From positions 83,454,001-83,518,000 of the forward strand of contig CM052816.1 in assembly GCA_028534125.1 (NCBI GenBank): 64,000 nt of DNA, in the 5' to 3' direction. The translations under genes were made by a program, and so were the position numbers. Positions 54,511 to 64,000 of this stretch are shown piece after piece. Position 1 is the stretch's first letter; every line of letters starts with the position of its first letter. This DNA comes from Lama glama (lineage: Eukaryota). The notes under the pieces are model-generated. The model had not been told where the DNA came from. It ran no database searches and saw nothing but the letters and a program-made list of their open reading frames with translations.

Positions 54511-54702
54511 TATGTAGAATACCTGATTTAAATGTTAACCTTTAATAAAACTATTTTTATTATATATTTAACCACAAAAATATCGAGCTTAGAGAATTTT
54601 ATAAGGGAGTTCTACATAAGATTTAAGAAAAAGGTAATCCCTAGATCAAAAAAAAAATCTCTTCCAGAAAGTTGAGAAAGATAGAACACACACAAGAATA
54701 TA

Positions 54703-55168
54703 CAAACACATCTTGGAGACATTCATTTTCAGACCACCATAATAAATCAAAATCATAATAAAATGTGTTACACAATTTTTTTTTGGTTTCCCAGTGCATA
54801 TAAAAGTTATGTTGACACCATATGATAGTCTATTAAGTGTGTAATAGCATTATATCTAAAAAATGAACATACTTTAATGAAAAAATACTTCGTTGCTAAA
54901 AAGTGATAACCATCATCTGAGCCTTCAGAAAGTTGTATGGCAGTAACACTGAAGATTACCAAGACAAATATAATAATGAAAAAGTCTGAAATGCTGCAAA
55001 AAGTACCAAAATATGACACAGAGACACAAAGTGAACAAACACTTTTGGAAAACTGGTGTTGATAGACGCTAGATGCAAGGTTGCCATAAGTTTGCAATTT
55101 GTTAAAAAACAAAATGCCATCTCTACAAAGCACAACAAAGTGAAACACAATAAAAAGATGTATGTCTG
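54703..55168 (-). mobile_element. Internally deleted Tigger1-family DNA transposon (TcMar)
   Basis: Both termini present (caaacacatcttggagac ... aagatgtatgtctg), flanked by TA at 54701-54702 and 55169-55170; ttttggtttcccagtgcatataaaagttatg and gacacagagacacaaagtga are Tigger1 motifs. Confidence 0.9.
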
Positions 55169-55663
55169 TATTATGAACACAATTTAACTTATATATCAAC
55201 ATTAGATATAGATAAGAAAAATACCATTTCATGTCAACATACACTTAAACACTGACAAAATCTATGTTAAAAATAAATGTAATAATTCAAAATAGTTCCT
55301 TCCAATAAATAAATGCCCATATATTCATACACACACATATATATACATATGAATAATAATAAATGCATACAATTACTATATATACATTCATATGTATATA
55401 GATGAGTAATGCTTTATGGCTAAGAATATATATATACACACACATATATATGACTAAAGATAAGCCTATCAGTGGAGGCAAATTGGGGAAAGCAGAAACA
55501 GACTCGGTATCAAAGTTGATATACAGCAATCATGAATGTTACTGAATGTTTCTGCAATGTTTATGTATACTATGAAATAATTATATCCATATTAATTTCT
55601 GGATCCTAAACTTGTATAATGTAATGTTTAAAATATTTAGAAAATATATGTAACAGTTCTAAT

Positions 55664-56620
55664 AGTGAAGTCAGCAAGCATTTTCTGACAAAGGGCTAGA
55701 CAGTAGATATATTAGGGTTTAAAGACCGAAAGACAAAAGTGAGCATTTAACGCACACCCATATGAGAGAAAACAAAAAATTTTGAATATACTTTTTTGTA
55801 CTAAACATCTACTAATGAGAATAATTGGATTTATTTTCCTCTCCTTTTTCTCTTTGCTTTTTGTTTTGTTTCATCGGGAATCAAAGTTTGTGTGCCATAT
55901 CATCAAAATCTTTTGCAAATATTCATCTATTAATGTTGATTTACAATGCTATTCTACTTACTTCCTCTGTGAAAATCTTTCCTTATGGAGACAGGAAATG
56001 CCAAATACTGGTATCAATCCACAAGTATATACTTTTAATTGAGCATATTTATAGAACCCTATTAGATTATTTTCTTCATATTTGCCTTTTATCATGTCAT
56101 TGCATTTCAGGTAGTCACAGAGGTTATATGGAAATTCCTCCATTTTATAATTAAGTCCATCTCGAAATAAGAAAATTTTCTTGGAACTTCATTTTTGTCT
56201 GAAAACCACTGCTGGAACGGTAGTTTGAGCTCAGAAAATTGCACACACTAAAAAGTTGTGTGTAGATTTTGCTTCTTATTTTAACTACTGACAGCACAGT
56301 GTATAAAGCAGCTTGATGTTACTCATGATTCAATGTTGTCGTCAAAATTTACTTCAACATTTTTGTGTTTCTCTTACAAGCACTGTTTTGTCTTTGAACT
56401 AAATTGAGAAGCATGACCAAGTCTGCAGCAGAACCTAATTTTTAAGGCCATTCAGGTTTTATAATAGTGGTTTAGGGATTTTCTTTAGAAAAAATTCAAT
56501 TTCCATCCTTAGTGTTGAGTGAAATTTAAGTGATTATGTAACCATTAGAAATATACTATGGCAGGTATTTAAATCCTGGATTATTTCACAATTATCACTG
56601 GAACAAAGAAAGATTATATT
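55664..56620 (-). mobile_element. hAT-Charlie (MER58/Cheshire-like) element with transposase C-terminal remnant
   Basis: Terminus gtcagcaagcattttctgacaaagggctagacagtagatatattagg; ORF 55958-56143(-) CNDMIKGKYEENNLIGFY..YAQLKVYTCGLIPVFGISCLHKERFS resembles the hAT dimerisation domain. Confidence 0.75.
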
Positions 56621-57392
56621 ATTCTTAACAGGAAAAGTTTCTATTCACTGAATGATTTTTATTATATATGTAATTACATGTTATTCAAAAATAACAAATT
56701 GATTGTCCTTTTACAATAATGAGAATGACATCAAGTGAAACAACTTATTATTTGCTACACAGAAGTGATTTTATTTTGGCAATAGTATTAACAGAAGAAA
56801 GCAAGCTGCATTCTGAATGTGCACGCTTCTTTATCTGGCCCTACTTAAGAGTAAAATTTCCACTTCTTCAGAAAGCATTGAAAGGTAAAGAGGAAAACAG
56901 TGTCACCAAAGGAGGTGAAAATGCTTTTTTTGTTATAGGGAAAGCAGGAGTACATCAGACAATATAGTTTAAAAAAAAAGTAATAGAATGATTATTCCCC
57001 TTGTTTAGCTAACTACTGGAGCTCTGCTGGTTTTGAGTTAAATTAGCATCTTCAAGTGAAATAACTTTGTATAACATTTTACTATAAATATTTGATATTT
57101 TTCATAGGTAAACTCATAATATCTTTTCAGAACTTTTTGTTTTTACTTAAAAATTTGTGTTTTCTCTTCCATTCTGTCTCCTTAGTCACAAATGTATATC
57201 TTAATGCTAATACTAAATATATTATCACTTCATTATTCATCATAATAATTTGATTTTTTTTCTAATCATGCTATTCTAGGTTATCACCTATGTTTCTGCA
57301 GTCTTCTATTAGTATTGCTATTATTATTATTACTATATTTATTTTGGTATGGGGGAGAAGGTAGGGAGGTACAGGAAAATTCTGATGCAAAG

Positions 57393-58518
57393 AATTCTTG
57401 GAACATTAGTATCACCTTGACTAACAAATTTCACCTCTTATTTGATTTTTCTTCATTATCTCCATTTGACCCTTATTTACATTCAAATATTTCTACAATT
57501 ACTATTTTATATATTTAATACATGTTCTTAGATAGGTGTACATCCTAGAAAAATGTATAAAATTATCTATACACTATTTAATAAAAATAAATAATGTTAT
57601 GCTGTAGGGCTCAGCTTCCATTTTAGCCAAGTTTGTGTTTTTAAGATTATCTTTCTCCTATATTTAGGTACAACACATTGCTTCCAAGTGCTCCATAGTA
57701 ATACCTCATATATGTACATTACACTCATTTTCTTATTGATACATACCTAGAATGCTACAACTAATATCATGTAAAGAATATATACGTGCCAGTCCCTTTG
57801 TGAGCCCTTGTACAGCAATAGGGACTCAAATAGGTAGAAAATAAGTACTCAAATCTATTGTCCAGTCACAGAATATTTGCACAGTTAATTTCAATACAAA
57901 TTGCCAGAATGATTCAGAATGGCTGAGCAAGCTTAAAGTCCCACATCAAATGAAAAGGCGTTTCTGTTTTCGCCTATCCTCACCAACACGTGGTTGTATT
58001 GTATTTTAAAAATTTTACCAATAAAATATGTATAAATTTAAATCCAGTTTTTATTACTGTTTTAATATTTCTATATCATTAAAAGGACTTCATAAATAAG
58101 TGAAAGATGAATGATTTTTTTCAAATTCCATTGATATTCATACTGATCACAGACTGAGAGCTGTTTACAATGTCTAACATTGACAAGGGATTGCTGCCTA
58201 ATACATACTAAGACCTTGAAAGCAGTAAGAAATAAAAGTGAATCCAACAAAAGTTGAGCAAAAGATATATATAAGCAATTGATAGAGAAATCAGAATATC
58301 TAAACAAAATACAAATATGCTCAACTTCACTAGTAGATAGCAATATGCAAAGTAAAATAAAAAATAACAGCCAATTTCTAATAGAAAAGGATGAATTCTC
58401 ATTCCATTAAATTAATAACAGAGTTAAGAACATCAATAAAATTCTTGGAACATTAGTACCATCTTGACTGACAAATTTCACCTCTTATTTGATTTTACTT
58501 CATTATCTCCATTTGACC
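57393..58518. repeat. 79-bp direct repeat pair (57393-57471 and 58440-58518) flanking old L1 fragments
   Basis: aattcttggaacattagt...ctccatttgacc, 75/79 identical by manual alignment. Confidence 0.95.
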
Positions 58519-59609
58519 AATGTTATTACATGGTCTGAGTTTTGTTTTTTTTTTTGCCAAATCATTATCTAAATCTTAGAATAGTCACTCCCAAGATTTC
58601 TATTCTTGGTATCATAAAATAAAATAAATTTTAAGTTGGTTATTATTGTCCAATTAAGAAGTAATTCCAAGTTCTCTTCCTTTTTCTCTATTATGTATAA
58701 AACTTACCATGTGTCTACCTTCTAATATATAAAGATGTTGGCGTATACAGGTGCACTGACAAGTACACAAAAATACTCTTCAAAGGCACTTTACTTTGAA
58801 ACTGTATATACAACACTGATGTAAGTTTATTTACATTGTGTCTGAGCTTATTTTTCTACTTATTGTCATCGAATTACTCTATAATAGTTGACTTTTGATT
58901 CACCAGGTTTGTCAGTTACTGCTATTATCTACAACCTGCAATCATGGTAATCCAGATTTAGGATTTATAAAATCTAACAGTAAGACAGTGTTGGAACATA
59001 CTACTAGGGCACTATTTTGGGTTTTTTGTAGTCTTAATTATGAACATTTACTTGGGATTTTTATTTTTTTTTGGTTTCTTATTATTTAAAAACCAACATT
59101 CATTACAGGCAAAAGTTCAGACATTATAGGAAAGATAACTGGCTTTGTATTTTTTAAATAATGTTTTGTTATATACTGAGGCAGGCACTATTATGTATTA
59201 CCAAACTCTCTAATTATTGCTGTGCATGTGGAAGACAGCCTTTAACTTGATCAGAATAAGCCAACCCTCAACTTGAGTCCCAGGGCTTGTTTTATTCTTT
59301 TTAACTTCTCTCTGTGTCATCTCAAAAAATTCAAGCATCCCAGTCATCCTTCTCTCTCATCCCCATGCTGTTCTCTGCATTCCCCTCATTCAAAAAATTG
59401 CCACCACCATTATCTTTCCACAGAAGTTATTTTATAAATCTCTATTATCTCAAAACACCCACAACCTCAACTCAGAAAATTACATTAACCTCCTTGTGTC
59501 ACCAGCAAAGCCCACAGGGGTCCCTCAGAAAAATAAGATGAAATCTAGGTGATATGGTCTAACCTCTTTTTTTGTGCTTAGTCTAGTTTCATCTGTCTAT
59601 AGGGGGTCA

Positions 59610-60281
59610 TGTGTAGAGGTGTCAGACTGGAGTCCCCGGCCTACAACCGCTACACCCAACACACCAACGGGCGGTGGGATTTCAGCACTTCAGTCTGAAG
59701 TACCTGAGCAAAGGACTCCAAGAACTCTATCCATCTTTTGAGGTTGAGAGGAGAGGGTAACAAAGAACAAAAACTTAAAGGGACAGTTGCACAAGCAAGG
59801 GAACCGGTCACTGGTGTCCGACAGGAACAGTGTCAAGCTGCAGTCGGCCAGTTCCCAGGGTGAGCTGATAAGGGGGCTCCTTCTATTAGGTAATTTAGAT
59901 AGAATGAGCACGGGGCAGGGGGAGGGGAAGGGGAAAGGGACAATCCAGAACACAAGGTATCTCAGCTGTCAATTAACCAGAGCACAAGGAACCTGAGCTG
60001 TCAATCAACCAGAGCGTATGGAACCTGAGTTGTCAATCAATCAATGGATCATGAAACCAGGACATATAAACAGGAAAAACAAAGGAATGGCACCACTTTT
60101 CCTCTCTTGGATTGGTCTGTTCCCAATTCTCGGGAGTGTACTATCTTTCACTATTGTTTTTTAATTTACTAATAAAAATCTTGTTAGCATCACGCTTTTT
60201 GTCTCTTATCAAAAATTCTTTTTTTTTTTTTTCAGGTGACTAAGAACTGAGGTAATTCTTATTTTCCTTTTCCTGGTAACA
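59610..60281 (+). mobile_element. ERV1-type solo LTR with internal 3 x 32-bp repeat
   Basis: Ends cctggtaaca; TATA-like catataaa (~60063); gagtgtact...aataaa (60171); tandem units 59945-60040; 5' boundary approximate. Confidence 0.85.
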
Positions 60282-60604
60282 CTTTCACCATTTCAGCTCT
60301 TGCTCAGACTTGGGAGAAGTTAAAATTCAGGAACTTGTAGGGAGGAGAGAAGCCTGGCTAACTTTTGGTCAAAATAAAGCAGAGGGTATGAAATGGGCAA
60401 CTGAGAACATCCGTCAGTGCAGATGAAAACCTCTCTGCCAGGAAACGTGGTTTCTTGTTCAGAATTACATCATGGTGGATTGGGATATTTAGTAGCTTTG
60501 TAGACCAAACGCAGTTTTACTAACATCGACTCCTCCAACAATCCTACCCTTTCCCTTTGGGGAAAGCACTCCTTTTGCAGCACTGCCACCGGCAAAGCCC
60601 ATTA

Positions 60605-61100
60605 ACAATTCGCGGGAAATAAAAGTAGAGATTGGGTAATAAAACAAAATCTAACCTTTTTTTCTTTCTTTCGCGTTTTTCTAGTTTCACTTGCTTGTAG
60701 GGTGTCCCATGCACCGGGCCCTTCAGACCAGAGTTCCTGGTGTGAAATGTCCACCTGGACACCTCAGCTCAGGGACCCTGTGAGGAGGCAACGCTCACAT
60801 CACTGCAACCAAGATGGCGGCGGGCCGTCTGCAGAGACGCTGCTCCCGGGCACAGCCTTCTGCAGCCTGAGCAGCTCAGCTGCAGCTGTGGAGGAGGAGC
60901 CGGAACCCCGCCCCCTCCCCGCCAGAGCCCCGCCCCTTCCACCTCTGAGGAGACCCTGTAAAGCAGTGCTTTTCACGGCCTTTTGAGGAGAGCGTGGATT
61001 CTAGACCTCCAGCTCACTTGAATGTCTCCATTCTTTGATGAAAAGATAAAGCTTTCTTTTGCTTCTCAATGGAACTCTGTCTCCTATTGGTTCTATTGGA
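60605..61100 (-). promoter_or_regulatory. Small CpG-rich promoter-like island
   Basis: YY1 consensus caagatggcggc 60810-60821; GC boxes 60906-60915 and 60928-60936; CCAAT (minus) 61086-61090 and 61095-61099; E2F-type gcgggaaa 60612-60619; minus-strand donor GAT|gtgagc after 60799. Confidence 0.7.
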
Positions 61101-63109
61101 GAGAGTGACATCAGTCAGGAGAAATTTTGTTTTTGGAACCTGAACAGAAAAAATCAGTAATACACCTTGCCTCCTGAGAAGTTTACTCTCTATACAGGAC
61201 ATCTGAATGATTTTTTTTTTTTACCAAATACAGCAAATTAGTATTGAAAGACCATTATGTTTCAGTAATATCTACTATTATGATAATTTGATCTGCAGCT
61301 CCCTGTGTGACTGATCAAATTTCAAACATGCAAACTAAAATACGAAGATCTATCTCATCTTTTTTTATGAAATGCAAATATGTTACTACTTTTTATGATG
61401 ATGATGAGTCCAAATTAAACTTAATGAAGTAGCTATTTTATAGCATAATGTCTATTAACATAAACCTATGGGTAATTTTACAGTATTAATGACATTTGAA
61501 TGCATAAAGTGTGGATATCTTCATAGTTTTTATCTGTATAGATATGTGTGATCTTTATTGAAAACACTGTTAGTGCTAATACTATTGATTTCCATTTTAA
61601 AATATATTTAGCTCATCAGAAAAAATCAAGATGAAATTTAAATACTTACAAATGTTGAAATTTATTTCAAAGTTATTTAAAGGAAGCAGAAGTGGGAGAA
61701 ATGGAAGAAATGGTGGTGAAATGTGAAGGAGTCACATGACAAAAGAGGGATGTCTGGATTGTACTCCCACCTCCCACCCCTGTGTTGGCCCAAGCCTTTC
61801 TGACATTCATTCCCTTTGGACTGGTGATGGGTGTATCCAATATGGTTAAACAGGAAAATGATTTTGAGTTATGATCACTTTTATGTAGCCCATGGAATTG
61901 TCTTCAAAAGATTGGTGAATTTTGTGGGGTATTTTTTGTTTTGTTTTATTTTGTGCAATACTGCCTTATTTCATTCTGTTTTAAAGAGAGATTTTGTTTT
62001 GGTATATTGTTCTTTTGCAATGTCTGAAAAGAAGTTTATAGTTCAGAGAAAGCAAATTTATAGCTTTAAGAGGAATATCAAAGGCTTAAAAGGTTACAGA
62101 CAATATTTGCTATTAGAGGGCAATGGAAATGTTGGAAAAGACACTGTGCTCTCTACTTAATAAAGCACAGAGAAGGAATCTGCTCTCAGTCAGGTCCTTC
62201 AGTGATGGAGGGGAGATGCCCTGAGCTAGGATGAGCTACACCTGAGGGTTTGGTTCGGGCAAAACTGGCCTCATGGAAGCAGCAGGCAGGTCATAGGCTT
62301 ACCTGACAGCATCTGTTTCCTGGATAAGAGTGTTTCTTCTTGATTCTTGGATTTAAAGCCTGAGAATCAGGCAGGGGGGATGACTTCACCTTTTGTCCCT
62401 TCCAGTCTAAGCTAGCCACCTCTTCCATTTCTTTAACCGTTATTTCCCATGAAAAACCCCTGCTGTCCTCTTTGCGACACCCTCAATGATTTCCTGCTTT
62501 GATTAAGGACGCAAAAATGCTCTGCTGTATTCTCAAGTCAAGAGAAGAAAACTAGGGGAAAAAAAACCAAGTATATTTTCTTCTTACTCTATTCTTTTCT
62601 TTTTAAAAACAGTGACTTATTTTCTCTGAGAAAGTCAAAAAGGCATACGAGACAGTGATATAAAGTTTGTTAAATTTAATTCTAAATCCCATGTAACCTT
62701 CAACTGTCTGAAACAGAAAAGCCAGAGGATGCCAAGGGACTTTGCCCTAAAAATAGTAACCCAAGGGCTATCAAGAGAGGGTCCAGGCAGCGGGCCTTCA
62801 TTCAATGACATTTATGTTCTCTAATGCTGCTTCTGCTCATAGAATGAGACACTTCTAGCTATTTAAAGTCTTCTCCAGTTGCTCAGCTTAAACTGAGTCA
62901 TTACACTTCCCATGTGACTCTGCAGATGCAGCTCTTTGGGTCTTAAAGTAAGAGCACAGCAACTTTTTCTTTCCTTTCCTCTTAGGAATGACCTAGCTTC
63001 CTGTATTGCAGCTACATTGGAGAGCTCTGGTCTGGATAATTCTACATAGAAAGCATCCTCAGCCTTCTATTCTTTCAAACTAGGTCACTATCAATTACTT
63101 CAAAGGTTA

Positions 63110-63260
63110 AATACCCCTGAATCATGTAGGTGAGAGTGAAACAACTTCCAGTTGTTTTTTTTTTTTCTGCATTGAGATGAGCTGAAACTGAGACCTAACT
63201 GTATTAACTATGCTAAAGTAACTTTTATGGCTTGTGCTGACATAATCTTTCAAGACGTCT
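63110..63260 (-). mobile_element. MIR
   Basis: atacccctgaatcatgtaggt...gagatgagctgaaactgagacc. Confidence 0.5.
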
Positions 63261-64000
63261 TATATTGTGATTCCACAGACTGAATAGAACAGAAACCTAC
63301 CTCCACAGATATAATTCATATGTATATTCCTTGTTTGTGATGTTAGCCTTTAGATTTCTCTTTCTTCTACTGCCTTACTCTCCCTAAAGTGAGAAGATTC
63401 CAATCACGACTACCACACACTGACCACATCTTTATTCCAGGGGTCTGTATCTGTTGAGTGGTAACCCAAGCTGAGTGAAAAGCTTAGCGGGCAAATGAAA
63501 GTCTTAAAGGTGACTTTGAAGAAGAACCTGATAAATATGCAAAGCATCATGTACTCAGTCTCCCTGTTGGAACACTTGTTAGAAGTAATGATAAAGGAAA
63601 GGAACAAGCTTACTATTTTAGCATAGATATAGTAGGTCTGAAAAATATAAATGTAAGTTATTTTACTTTAAAAGTATTATTTTACCCTTGTTGTTAATAT
63701 AAAGATTTCTTATCTGTAACCAATTGATGCAAATTCACCAATACATTTTTGTAAAGCAGCTTGGAAATAATAAGAATATTTAAGATGCTATTAAAGTTGT
63801 CCAAAGTGAAAGGTATAAAAGATTACAAGTTTCTCTATTATTTCATTAATTACAAGGCATAGAAGCAAAATCACCACCTGTGAGTGCTCCTAATATTATG
63901 CTAATAAAACAATTAAAATATTAATGGAAACAAAATTCTAAATGAAGCTGTGATTTCTTTGAATTATTATCATAGTATAATATTTAGTTTCTTTATTGAG

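Noticed and set aside
54807..55244. 145-aa minus-strand ORF
   Set aside because: Lies largely in a non-autonomous Tigger1 derivative and is not transposase-like.
59945..60040. Repeat array as CRISPR-like
   Set aside because: Head-to-tail tandem units without spacers, inside a retroviral LTR of a mammalian genome.
60702..60986. 94-aa GC-rich ORF and ATGGCGGCG start at 60814
   Set aside because: The ATG frame stops after 18 codons; the long ORF starts at GTG and reflects the GC content of the promoter island.

Overview
AT-rich mammalian nuclear DNA, not prokaryotic: no operons, rRNA or CRISPR. Three tRNA-derived SINEs of the camelid Vic-1 type, plus young L1 3' ends with intact target-site duplications, point to a camelid (alpaca/llama/camel). 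Much of the window is interspersed repeat: L1, L2, MIR, MaLR/ERVL/ERV1 solo LTRs, Tigger1 and hAT-Charlie. I recognise no intact protein-coding gene; the ORF track is mostly chance or repeat-derived ORFs. The main non-repeat signal is a run of about 12 short minus-strand exon-like segments (about 11.4-30.3 kb). They have canonical splice sites and can be chained in phase into a protein-like sequence with many stops. A small CpG-rich promoter-like island (CCAAT x2, GC boxes, YY1, E2F) lies at about 60.6-61.1 kb and has a minus-strand donor. Together these suggest a decayed multi-exon gene whose identity I could not establish. Other notable structures are a three-part rearranged L1, a nested L1 with a perfect 15-bp TSD, a 79-bp direct duplication around about 1 kb of old L1, and a hairpin covering a micro-exon-like motif. 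Repeat subfamily names are from memory of consensus sequences. Boundaries without TSDs are approximate.
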